This document shows positions 27,791 through 39,813 of a DNA stretch of 64,000 nt, piece after piece. Position 1 is the first letter of the stretch, and each line of letters opens with the position of its first letter. The DNA is from Squalus acanthias (lineage: Eukaryota): assembly GCA_030390025.1 (NCBI GenBank), contig CM059432.1, positions 98,582,001-98,646,000 of the forward strand. The letters are read 5' to 3'. The notes beneath the pieces were generated by a model. That model worked only from the letters and a program-made list of their open reading frames with translations. It searched no databases and was not told the DNA's origin. Made by a program: the position numbers and the translations under genes.

Positions 27791-28614
27791 AGGATTACAT
27801 AGGATTGCAAAGGATATACGGCACAGAAACAGGCCATTCGGCCCAACCAGTCCATGCTGGCGGTTATGCTCCACATGAGCCTCCTCCTGTCTTTCCTTAT
27901 CTAAATCTATCAGTATAACCCTCCATTCCCTATTCCCTCATATGCTTGTCTAGCCTCCCCTTAAATGCATCTATACTATTGTACAGGGCCTTGGTGAGAC
28001 CACATCTTGAGTATTGTGTGCAGTTTTGGTCGCCTTATCTGAGGAAGGAGGTTCTTGCCATGGAAGGAGTTCAGCGAAGATTCACAAGGCTGATACCTGG
28101 GATGGCAGGAATGACATATGAGGAGAGATTGGGTCGATTGAGCTTATACTCGCTGGAGTTTAGAAGAATGAGAGGGGATCTCATTGAAACTTATAAAATT
28201 CTAACAGGACTAGACAGACTAGATGCAGGAAGGATGTTCCCGATGGCGGGGGAGTCCAGAACCAGGGGTCACAGTCTAAGGATAAGGGGTAAGCCATTTA
28301 GGACAGAAATAAGGAGGAATTTCTTCACCCAGAGAGTGGTGAACCTGTGGAATTCTCTACCACAGAAGGCAGTAGAGGCCAATTCATTAAATATATTCAA
28401 GAAGGAGTTGGATATATTTCTTACGGCTAAAGGGATCAAGGGATATGGGGAGAAATCAGGGACAGGGTTCTGAATTTGGATGATCAGCCATGATCGCATT
28501 GAATGGCGGAGCAGGCTACAGGGGCCGAATGGCCTACTCCTGCTCCTATCTTCTATGTTTCTATGTTTCTATTCGCTTCAACCACTCCCTGTGGTAGCGA
28601 GTCCCATATTCCCA
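27791..28614 (-). mobile_element. CR1 3' tail fragment split by a younger CR1 insertion
   Basis: ggcacagaaacaggccattcggccc tail motif at 27791-27980, resuming at 28574-28614; ctatt repeated at both junctions. Confidence 0.6.
27981..28573 (+). mobile_element. 5'-truncated CR1 LINE (elasmobranch HER1-like)
   Basis: LYRALVRPHLEYCVQFWSP..RGDLIETYKI..FFTQRVVNLWNSLP; 3' UTR with ggccgaatggcc and terminal (TTCTATGT)n. Confidence 0.92.
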
Positions 28615-28617
28615 TTT

Positions 28618-31600
28618 GGGAACAGTAGCATAGTTGTAATGTCACTGGGCTAGTAATCCAGAGACCTGGACTAATGACCCGGAGACGTGAGTTCAAATCT
28701 CACCACAGCAACTGGGGATTTTAAAATAAGTTAATTAAATAAATCTGGAAACTATCGGATTGTCGTAAAAACCCATCTGGTTCACTAATGTCCGTTAGGG
28801 AAGGAAACCTGCCGTCCTTACCTGGTCTGGCCTATATGTGACTCCAGACCCACAGCAATGTTGGTTGACTTTTAACTGCCCTCTGAAATGGCCTAGCAAG
28901 CCACTCAGTTGTAACAAACTGCTATGCAACACAATAAGAATGAAACCGGCATCAACTATGGACACGGCAACGGCACACCCTGCCCAGTCAACCCTGCAAA
29001 GACCTCCTCACCAACATCTGGGGAATTGTGCCAAAATTGGGAGAGCTGTCCCACAGACTAGTCAAGCCTGACATAGTTATACTCATAGAATCATACCTTT
29101 CAGCCAATGTCCCAGAATCCTCCATCACCATCCCTGGGTATGTCCTGTCCCAGCGGCAGGATAGACCCACCAGGGATAGCAACACAGTGGTATACAGTCA
29201 GGAAGGAGTGGCCCTGGGAATCCTCAACATTGACTCCGGACCCCATGAAGTCTCATGGCTTCAGGTCAAGCATGGGCAAGGATACCTGCTGCTAATTACC
29301 ACCTACCGCCTTCCCACAGCTGATGAATCAGTACTCCTTCATGTTGAATACCACTTAGAAGAGGCACTGAGGGTAGCAAGGGCACAGAATGTACTCTGGG
29401 TGGGGAACTTCAATGTACATCACCAAGAGTGGCTCGGTAGCACCACTACTGGCTGAGTCCAGGTGGTAAGAGAACCAACACGAGGGAAAAACCTACTTTA
29501 CCTCATCCTACCTGTCGCAGATGCATCTGTACATAACAGTATTGGTAGCAGTGACCACCGCACAGTCATAGTGGAGACAAAATCCCATCTTCACACAGAA
29601 GGAAACCCTCCATCGTGTTGTGTGGCACTGCCAACGTGCTAAATAGGATAGATTCAGAACAGATCTAGCAGCTCAAAACTGGGCATCCATGAGGGGCTGT
29701 GGGCCACCAGCAGCAGTAGAATTGTATTCTACCACAATCTGTAACTTCATGGCCTGGCATATCCCTCACTCTACTATTACCATCAAGCCAGGGGACCAAC
29801 CCTGGTTCAATAAGGAGTGTAGAAGAGCATGTCAGGAGCAGCACCAGGTGCACCTAAAAATGAGGTGCAACACAGGACTACATGCATGCTAAAAAGTGGA
29901 AGCAGCATGCTATAGACAGGGCTACGCGATCCCACAATCAACGGATAAGATCAAAGCTCTGCAGTCCTGCCAAATCCAGTCGTGAATGGTGGTGGACCAT
30001 TAAACAACGGGAGGAGGAGGCTCCATGAATATCCCTATCCTCAATGATGGTGGAGCCCAGCATGTGAGTGCAAAAGACAAGGCTGAAGCATTTGCGACCA
30101 CCTTCAGCCAGAAGTGCCGAGTGGATGACTCATATCGGCCTACTCCTGAGGTCCACACCAGCACAGAAGCCAGTCTTCAGACAATTCGATTCACTCCACG
30201 TGAAATCAAGAAACGGCTGAGCGCACTGGATACAGCAAAGGCTATGGGCCCCGACAACATCCCGGCTGTCGTGCTGAAGACTTGTGCTCCAGAACTAGCC
30301 GCGCATCTAGCCAAGCTGTTCCAGTACAGCTACAACACTGGCATCTATCCGACAATGTGGAAAACTGTCCAGGTACTTCCTGTCCACAAAAAGCAGGACA
30401 AATCCAATTACCACCCCATCAATCTACTCTCAATCATCAGCAAAGTGATGGAAGGTGTCATCGACAGTGCTATCAAGTGGCACTTACTCACCAATAACCT
30501 GCTCACTGATGCCCAGTTTGAGTTCCACCAAGACCACTCTGCACTCGGCTCACGACCTCATTACAGCCTTGCTCCAAACATGGGCAAAGAAGCTGAATTC
30601 CAGAGGTGAGGTGAGAGTGACTGCCCTTGACATCAAGGCAGCATTTGACAGAGTGTGGCATCAAGAAGCCCTAGTAAAACTGAAGTCAATGGGAATTGGG
30701 GGGAAAATGCTCCACTGGCTGGAGTCATACCTAGCACAAAGGAAGAGGTGGTGGTTGTGAATGCCCCAGGACATCGCTGCAGGAGTTCCTCAGGGCAGTG
30801 TCCTAGGCCCAACCATCTTCAGCTGCTTCGTCAATGAACTTCCCTCCAACATAAGGTCAGAAATGGGGATGTTCGCTGATGACTGCACAGTGTTCAGTGC
30901 CATTCACAACTCCTCAGATAATGAAGCAGTCCATGCCCGCGTGCAACAAGACCTGGACGACATTCAGGGTTGGGCTGAAAAGTGGCAGTTAACATTCGCG
31001 CCACAGAAGTGCGAAGCAATGACCATCTCCAAAAAGCGAGAGTCTAACCACCGCCCCTTGACATTCAACAGCATTACCATCGCTGAATCCCCCACCATCA
31101 ATATCCTGGGGGTTACCATTGACCAGTAACTTAACTAGACCAGCCACATAAATACTGTGGCAACAAAAGCAGGTCAGTGGCTAGGTATTCTGCGACGAGT
31201 GTCTCAGCTCCTGACTCCCCAAAGCCTTTCCACCATCTACAAGGCACAAGTAAGGAGTGTGATGGAATACTCTCCACTTGCCTGGATGAGTGCAGCTCCA
31301 ACAACACTCAAGAAGCTCGACACCATCCAGCACAAAGCAACCCGCTTGATTGGCACCCCATCCACCACCTTAAACATTCACTCCCTCCACCACCGGCGTA
31401 CCGTGGCTGCAGTGTGTACCATCTACAAGATGCACTGCAGCAACTCACCAAGGTTTCCTCGGCAGCACCTCCCAAATCCGCAACCTCTTCCACCTAGAAG
31501 GACAAGGGCAGCAGGTGCATGGGAACACCACCACCTCCAAGTTTCTCTCCAAGTCACACACCATCCTGACTTGGAAGTACATCACCGTTCCTTCATCGTC

Positions 31601-31777
31601 GCTGGGTCAAAATCCTGGAACTCCCTCCCTAACAGCACTGTGGGAGTACCTTCACCACATGGACTGCAGCGGTTCAAGAAGGCGGCTCACCACCACCTTC
31701 TCAAGGGCAATTAGGGATGGGCAATCATTTCTGGCCTTGCCAGCGACACCCACATCCCATGAAAGAATTAAAAAAAT
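28618..31777 (+). mobile_element. tRNA-headed single-ORF CR1/Zenon-like LINE, near full-length copy 2
   Basis: Same 5' start as copy 1; endonuclease 29028-29456; RT (KAMGPDNIP, DIKAAFDRVWH, GVPQGSVLGP, MFADDC) in fragments 30025-31714; A-tail. Confidence 0.92.
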
Positions 31778-32327
31778 TAGAGAGCTTTACTCATAACAAT
31801 GATCTGAAAGAAGGTAAATGAGGTGGTGTTAAAAGAAGGGCTATCATTGAAAGGTCACACAGCAGTTTAACTGGCAGAATGAAGCTCCAAGGAATCCTTT
31901 CAACTTGATAAGTAATGCTCTGAAATGTTTTATTGTCCGCAATACCGAACATATCAATGCAGCTTTAACTGAACATTGTCATTAGTCATACTCAACAATA
32001 GCACAGGGAATTCATACTTACATGCTGATAGTTCTTGTTTCACATCCTTATGTATTATTGTGGTGTCAAAGCAAAAAGGAAATGCCTGATACCTTGGAAG
32101 CCCTTAGGTCATCTAAAAGCTTAGCACAGGCAAGAACGCCCAACAATTCTCTCCAAGGTCTTAACAGGAAAAGGGCCTCTCCACGAAACAACCACATCAA
32201 ACAGCAACTATCTCATCGGGCATAACTGGTCAGGAAATAGAAACATAGAAGATAGGAGCAGCAGTAGGCTATTCGGCCCCTCGAGCCTGTTCTGCCATTT
32301 AATGAGATCATGGCTGATCATCCAAAT

Positions 32328-35000
32328 TCAGTACCCTGTCCCTGCTTTCTCCCCATATCCCTTGATCCCTTTAGCCTTAAGAAATATATCTAACTCCTTC
32401 TTGAATATATTTAATGAATTGGCCTCAACTTCCTTCTGTGGTAGAGAATTCCACAGGTTCAACACTCTCTGGGTGAAGAAATTCCTCCTCATCTCAGTCC
32501 TAAAAGGCTTACCCCTTATCCTTAGACTGTGACCCATGGTTCTGGACTCCCCCACCATCGGGAACATCCTTCCTGCATCTAGTCTGTCTAGGCCTGTTAG
32601 AATTTTATAAGTTTCAATGAGATCCCATCTCATTCTTCTAAACTATAGCGAATATAAGCCTAATCGACCCAATTTCTCTTCATAGGTCATTCCTGCCATT
32701 CCAGGTATCAGTCTGGTGAATCTTCGCTGCACTCCCTCCATGGCAAGAACCTCCTTCCTCAGATAAGGCGACCAAAACTGCACACAATACTCAAGGTGTG
32801 GTCTCACCAAGGCCCTGTACAACTGCATTTCCCCTTTTCCCAATCTATTGCCATTCAGATAATAATCTGTCTTCCTGTTTTTGCCATCAAAGTGGATAAC
32901 CTCGCATTTATCCACATTATACTGCATCTGCCATGCATCTGCCCAAACACCCAACCTGTCCAAATCATACTGGAGTTTCTCGGCATCCTCCTCACAGCAC
33001 ACACGCAAACCCAGCTTTGTGTCGTCTGCAAACTTGGAGATATTACATCTAGTTCCCTCGTCTATATCATTAATATATATTGTGAATAGCTGGGGTCCTA
33101 GCACCGATCCCTGCGGTACCCCACTAGTCACTGCCTGCCACTCAGAAAAACACCCAATTATTCCAACTCTTTGCTTCCTGTCTGCCAACCAGTTCTCTAT
33201 CCAAGTCAGTACCTTACCCCCAATCCCATGTGCTTTAACTTTGCACGCTAATCTCTTATGCGGGACCTTGTCGAAAGCCATCTGAAAGTCCAAATACACC
33301 ACATCTACTGGTTCTCCCTTATCTATTCTACAAGTTACATCCTCAAAAAATTCCAGTAGATTAGTCAAGCATGATTTAGCTTTTGTAAATCCATGTTGAC
33401 TTTGTCCGATCCTGTCACTGTTTTCCACGTGCTCTGCTATTACATCTTTCATAATGGACTCTAGCATTTTCCCCACTACCGATGTCAGGCTTACCTGTTT
33501 TCTCTCTACCACCTTTTTTAAATAGTGGGGTTACATTAGCTACCCTCCAATCCATGGGAACTGTTCCAGAGTCTATAGAATTTTGGAAAATGATCAGCAA
33601 CGCATCTACTATTTCTAGGGCCACTTCCTTAAGTACCCTAGGATGTAGATTATCAGGCCCTGGGGATTTATCGGCCTTCAATCTCGTCAATTTCCCTAAC
33701 ACCATTTCCCTACAAATACTGATTTCATTCAATTCCTCCCTCTCATTAGACCCTATGTTCCATGACATCTCTGGGAGGTTATTTGTGTCCTTCTTTGTGA
33801 AGACAGAACCAAAGTATGTATTTAATTGGTCTGCCATTTCTTTGTTCCCCATTATAAATTCCCCTGATTCTGACTGCAAGGGACCTACGCTTGACTTCAC
33901 CAATCTTTTTCTCTTCACATATCTATAGAAGCTTTTACAGTCATTTTTTATGTTCCCTGCAAGCTTACTCTCATATTCTATTTCCCCCCTCTTAATTAAT
34001 CCCTTTGTCCTCCTTTGCTGAAACCTAAACTGCTCCCAATCCTCAGGTTTGCTGCTTTTTCTGGCCAATTTATATGTCCTCTCCTTGGATCTTATGCTAT
34101 CCCTAATTTCCCTTGTTAGCCACGGTTGAGTCACCTTTTTTGTTTTATTTTTATGCCAAACAGGGATGAACAAATTCTGTAGTTCATCCATGCGATGTTT
34201 AAATGTTTGCCATTGCCTATCCACCGTCAACCCTTTAAGTAATGCTTCCCAATCCATCCTAGCCAACTCGCACCTCATACCATCTTAGTTTCCTTTATTT
34301 AAATTCAGGACCCTAGTCTCTGAGTCAACTACTTCACTCTCCATCTTAATGAAGAATTCTATCATATTATGATCGTTCCTCCCCAAGAGGCCTCGCACAA
34401 AAAGATTGCTAATTAATCCTTTCTCATTACATAATACCCAGTCTAAGATGGCCTGAACTCTAGTTGGTTCCTTGACATATTGGTCCAGGAAACCATCCCG
34501 TATACACTCTAGGAATTCCTCCTCCACAGTATTGTTGCTAATTTGGTTAGCCCAATCTATATGTAGATTTAAGTCACCCATGATAACTGCTGTGCCCTTA
34601 TTGCACGCATCTATAATTTTCCGTTTAATGCCATCCCCAACCTCAGCATTACTGTTTGGGGGTCTGTATACAACTCCAACTAATGTTTTCTGCCCCTTGG
34701 TATTTCTCAGCTCTACCCATACAGATTCCACATCGTCAGAGCTAATATCCTTCCTTACTATTGTGTTAATCTCCTCTTTAACCAGCAATGCTACCCCACC
34801 TCCTTTTCCTTTTTGCCTGTCCTTCCTGAATATTGAATACCCCTGGATGTTGAATTCCCAGCTTTGTTCACCCTGGAGCCTTGTCTCCGTAATCCCAATT
34901 ATATCCTATCCATTTACATCTATTTGCACAGATAATTCATCCACCTTATTATGAATGCTCCTCGCATTAAGACACAAAGCCTTCAGGCTTGTTTTTTTTA
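32328..35000 (-). pseudogene. CR1 ORF2 (APE endonuclease + reverse transcriptase), fragmented
   Basis: GVVYRPP, ILDWVL, KSPGPD, YLDFQMAFDKVPH, GVPQGSVLGP, KFADD; stops, frameshifts and a deletion near 32820. Confidence 0.9.
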
Positions 35001-35106
35001 ACGCTCTTAGTTCTTTTAGAATTATTATTTACTGTAGCCCTGTTTGATTTACACCCTTGATTTCTCTGCCTTCCACTTTTGTTTTTCTCCTTCCTGTCTT
35101 TTGTTT

Positions 35107-36110
35107 CTATCCTTGCTTCCCTTTCCTCTGTCTCCCTGCACAGGTATCAACCCCCTGCCATTTTAGTTTAAACCCTCCCCAACTAGCAAACACTCCCCCT
35201 AGGACATCGGCCCCGGTCCCGCCCCGTTGCAAACCGTCCAGTTTGTACTGGTCCCACCTCCCCCAGAACCGGTTCCAATGTCCCAGAAATTTGAATTGCT
35301 CCCCCTTGCACCACTCCTCTAGCCACGTATTCATCTGAAATATCCTTCTATTTCTACTCTGACTAGCACGTGGCACTGGTAGCAATCCTGAGATTACTGC
35401 CTTTGAGGTCCTATTTTTTAATTTACCTCCTAACTCCCTATATTCAGCTTTTAGGACCTCATCCCATTTTTTTACCTATATCGTTGGTACCTATATGCAC
35501 CACGACAACTGGCTGTTCACCCTCCCCCTCCAGAATGCCCTGCAGCCTCCCCGAGACATCCTTGACCCTTGCACCAGGGAGGCAACATACTCTCCTGGAG
35601 TCTCGTTTTGCGGCCGCAGAAACGTCTATCTATTCCCCTTACAATAGATTCCCCTATCACTATAGCTCTTCTGCTCTTTTTCCTCCTGTCCTGTGCAGCA
35701 GAACCACCCATGGTTCCAGGAAGTTGGCTGCTGCTGCCTTCCCCCGATAAGCCATCTCCCTCAACAATATCCAAAGTGGTATATCTGTTTGAGAGGGGGA
35801 TGGCCACAGGGGACCCCTGCACTACCTGCCTGCGCCTACTACTCTGCCTGGTGGTCACCCATTCCCTTCCTGCCTGTGCAACCTTTAGCTGCGGTGTGCC
35901 CAACTCATTAAACGTGCTATCCACGATGTCCTCAGCATCGTGAATGCTCCAGTATGTATCCATTTGCAGCTCCAGCGCCGTAATGCGGTCTGCCAGTAGC
36001 TGCAGCTGGATACACTTCCCGCACACATGGTCGTCAGGGTCACAGGAAGTGTCCGTGATTTCCCACATTGTGCAGGAGGAGCATGCCACGGGGCCGAGCT
36101 GTGCTGCCAT
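35107..36110 (-). pseudogene. CR1 ORF1 (zinc finger, leucine zipper, SGNH esterase-like), frameshifted
   Basis: CxxC..CxxC, LQLLADRITALE, IVIGESIVRG (GDS motif variant), NTWLEEWC..DGL. Confidence 0.85.
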
Positions 36111-36422
36111 GACTTACCCTTTAATTAATTTAAATTAAATTAAATCAAATCAATACCACTAATTACACTACAATTAAATGAAAACTCAAGGGCCCTTGTT
36201 TACTTGCACTCCCTGCTACACAACAGAGACCGTAGAAACTATAACCACAAAAATTAAGACCTTCTAAACTTTATAAACTATTAACCTTAACTGTCAAACT
36301 ATAGAGTAGTATAAATACTCACCTGTCCATACTCACCCCATCAGCTGCTTCCTCTTGCCCGCGTCACTTTTTGAATCATGACGTGGCTCTGGAACGCCGC
36401 CGCTGGTCTGTGAGATTGGTAA

Positions 36423-36570
36423 GCCTCTGAGGAAAAAAGCCCGCGAAAGTGAGTTTAAATACTCATTGGTCTCTCCTGTTGCTTCCGACACCAGCCTCTG
36501 AGAAAAAAAGCCCGCGAAAGTGAGTTTAAATACTCACTGTTCTCTCCTGTTGCTCCCGACACCGGCCTCT
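36423..36570. repeat. 71-bp tandem duplication at the CR1 5' end
   Basis: gcctctgag..aaagcccgcgaaagtgagtttaaatactca units start at 36423 and 36494. Confidence 0.8.
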
Positions 36571-37056
36571 CCGGAAATGGGACCCATCTTGGGGTATAGG
36601 CTGTGGGCAGGGCTGAGACCCTGGCAGATGAGGGGCCCAATTTTTTTCTGAGGGTGGGATTGAATCAGCATCCTCCAGCTGGCCAGCTATTGCCAGCTTT
36701 TCCAGGGCCTTTAGCAGGGAGCTATCACAGATGTGCCCCCACACCACTTGACTCCGCAACTGTGGCAGGATCAGTGGTGGTGGCGGTGGTGGTGTTGTGA
36801 ATTGAATTGTATTTTTATCACGATATTTTTATTTAGCCTTTTCTTCAAAGTTAGAAAACAAATTAAAAATAAAAGTTAAGAAGATGAATTAATTCTGTAT
36901 TGGAGCTATTGGATCGGGCATATAGATCATTCACTCTCTGTGGAGTTTGTGTCCTTTTGTGGACGGGCCTCAGATATTTTCTTTCTATATGTGGTGGCCT
37001 ATCTTGGTTTGAAAGCTCATCAAATTGAGATGTGACCATGGTAACTGCTTCAGCAT

Positions 37057-38681
37057 TGTAAGGGGTGACCTGCGGCTCTGTGCTTAGCCTGGGTGCTAGT
37101 GCGGGGTTAGGCCTTGTTGCCTGTTCTGGTCTCCAGCCAGCCTGATAACACTAGACACCTGTGAGTGGTTCGACCCACTCGCCCTTACGGTTCTGACACT
37201 GGACTTAGGTGCGAGAGCAATAATGCAGAGAAAGACTCAGGTAGACCCGGTTGAATAGTTGCATATTATTCAAGATTACGAGATACATGTCATAAGCACA
37301 GATTAACGACAGTACAATTTTACACACAGTTATGAAACTAATTTTAGGGAAACGAGGAGCGCACGACACATCGTAGAAGGGGACACACATTATAATTATC
37401 CTTAAAACTTAAACCCTCCCCTATCAATACCTGTCCTAATCTAGATTTGTAGGATCGAGACTCATGCTCACCACTCGTGATAACTCGGAGAATTCCGAAA
37501 CTCTGCTCGGATGTTTTACCGCAGCACCTGACTATCCACGTGTTGATCAGGGGTCTCTGTACCCCACTTGTTTACTCGTTTCTGCTCCGGCTAGCAGGCT
37601 GGACCGTCTGCTGTCATGAAGATCTGTGTTGCCCTCGGAGTTCGGACACCACTCGAAAAAGAGTCTTCCTGTGCCCTACACCAGTTGTCTGTAGAACTCA
37701 AAGAAGGGTCTTCCTAGGCCAGTTGTGGAGTAGCCGATAAAATTCAAAGAAGTGTTTATTCGACTTACAGGCGTGGTCGGAGCTTACTGACCGTGGTGAT
37801 GCGTATTGTTGTCTTCTTCTCTTCTCATCTCATCTCATCTCATCTCCTCTCGGGCCTTCGGTTCCAACACCGTTTACCGACTTCTCGGGATGGTGCACCC
37901 GCTTCCAGGCCTCACAGCCCAGTTCTCCACAGATCTTCGCGGCAAGCCACGAGGTTGATCCTAGCGGATCAGAGTCCAGAGCTGTCAGGCAAGAGAATAA
38001 AAGTTCAGCAGCCTTCCAGCGAGTCAAAGCAGCAAGAGCAGCAAGCCAAAGATGGACGGTTGTACCTTACAGTTATAGTGCTGTAATTCCTCTTTTCCCG
38101 CCCAATCTTAATGTCTATCTTTTGTCAGGTTTTTGGCGCTCAAACTTCTTGTATGGGGTGATCTCAGTCTTTAATGGGTTTCGGTGATACTTGTAACTGT
38201 CTGAGTACCCGTTAATATTTCTCCCATTGTGGAACCGGCTAGTAGTCTCCCTGGAGGGGTTTTGGGGCTTCCAAATGCTTGCTGTAAGTACCCGCAAACG
38301 GCTCTCTCATCGTAGAGTCGTGGGGATTTTGCATATTAATGTCTTTGGATGGGTCCTTGATCGCTCAGTACAATAGCCCTTGTTTGCACCCGGGAGACCG
38401 ATTCCAGTATTTATGTTTAAAATGCAAACCCATCATGTCTTGTCAATTATCTCAAATGTGCTGAGTCCTGTACGATCTTGCACAAATGTTTATTGGAACG
38501 CCATCTTGTCTGCCCACTGAAAGTCTAGAACTTTCTGCCACGAGGCGTGGCGGCCATTTTACAGGCTGTTTGTGTCCGTTTTGAAACCTGACAGCATTCT
38601 GCTGAAATAAAGCTGTTTGTACGAAACTTTATGTCTCCTTCTTATTTTTTTTTAAATCGCGATAATTTTGCGAATTCTACA
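37057..38681 (-). repeat. ERV-A 3' LTR (1625 bp)
   Basis: TGTA..TACA ends; direct repeat of 45311-46960 with about 15 substitutions (counted by eye), a 20-bp deletion and one fewer TCTCA unit. Confidence 0.95.
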
Positions 38682-38692
38682 GTCCCTCCTGT
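38682..38692 (-). other. Polypurine tract of ERV-A
   Basis: ACAGGAGGGAC abutting the 3' LTR; identical in ERV-B. Confidence 0.75.
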
Positions 38693-38862
38693 TGATGCGA
38701 ATAACTCCGCTTATCATATCAAAAACATTGTGGTGAGCAATATTATCTCGATTCTCCATATCCAAAAATTCCCATAACTTAAAACTATCTAGGGTCTCCG
38801 TGTCGTCCTTATTTCCCAGGAAAATTACATTCTTATAACACCGTAGGCAGCATTTGCCTTAA

Positions 38863-39712
38863 GAGGGCGCTAATGGGGCGCAAAGCCGCTAACGCCCGGG
38901 CGCAGCGATGTTTGCGCCGCTCGAGAACTTAACTTGAGATTGTGCGGCGGCGCTAAAACTTACCGCTGCGACCACCTGCGCGCGCAGATTATGATGTCAT
39001 TCCATGGTGCAACGCCCTTGGGGTGCCCCGGAGTGGAAATTGAGTGGCGCCCCCTGCCTTACCGCCTGGCGCATCCAACGACCAGAAGACTGGAATGCTA
39101 TCAATCGCTGTGGGGCTGGGGGGGGCGCTATTTAAAGGGGGCCTCTTCGTGTCTTTTATTGTTGGTGGCATTTTTGAACTACGCATTCTGAGAGAGAGAG
39201 GGAGAGACTTCTGGAGAGATTCAACGTTGTGTGAAGGAGTTTTGGGTACTGAGTAGCACTTTGCAGGTTCATTTTGATTTGCCATTCCTTGTATCGATTT
39301 AGCAGAGCTTGTGGGAGTGGCACTCTGAGCTCTTTGTCTGGTACTCTCCATTGTTCTTTCCAGCACATTTGATGTGCAAGTCTCTCCAGGCCGAGATTCA
39401 AGGCTGCAATGAATAGGATGTGGATGGAAAGTAAGATTAACCATCCCCTTTAAGAACTGGCCCGTGCCATTGTGTGTGTGTTCCATTGCTGACTGACATT
39501 ACATGAGCTTCGCCAGCGCTCTGAGTTAGCGCCTCACTCCTTGGCCTTTGCGCCTTAAGACAGGTGTGCAGCGCCTGCTTTAGTGCTCCACTCACCTCCC
39601 GGGGCGGTAAAAGTGAAGTTTCCTGTCAGTGCCGATAATTAGCGCCAGGCGCTAATATTTGCGTCCAGACGATATTTGCGCCCCAAATGGGGCGCGACCT
39701 AATTTCTACCCC
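38863..39712 (-). mobile_element. Non-autonomous Harbinger piece within the ERV-A 3' untranslated region
   Basis: Reverse complement of 39520-39712 nearly identical to 48808-49000; TIR GGGGTAGAAATT; absent from ERV-B. Confidence 0.85.
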
Positions 39713-39813
39713 GTAGAGTTCCAAACTTTTCTGAGTTTCTGAGAAAAATCACGGTCGATTACAACAATTCCGAGGTGCACGTGGAAAAACTGGAGTGACG
39801 CCATTTTGTCTGT

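Larger units (their letters stand above)
32236..36570 (-). mobile_element. Near full-length two-ORF CR1 LINE, disrupted
   Basis: ORF1 and ORF2 remnants in the expected order; 3' tail matches 28470-28573; repeats at the 5' end. Confidence 0.92.

Noticed and set aside
27981..32822. About 590-bp inverted repeats flanking a LINE, resembling a composite transposon
   Set aside because: These are the 3' ends of two independent CR1 copies in opposite orientation; the right one continues as a long element
37477..38297. Short ORFs repeated in both ERV-A LTRs
   Set aside because: Recurrence is due to LTR duplication; they are not conserved as ORFs in ERV-B LTRs
38934..39486. Accessory gene between env and the 3' LTR of ERV-A
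   Set aside because: The ORFs lie in Harbinger-derived sequence, have no recognisable motif and are absent from ERV-B
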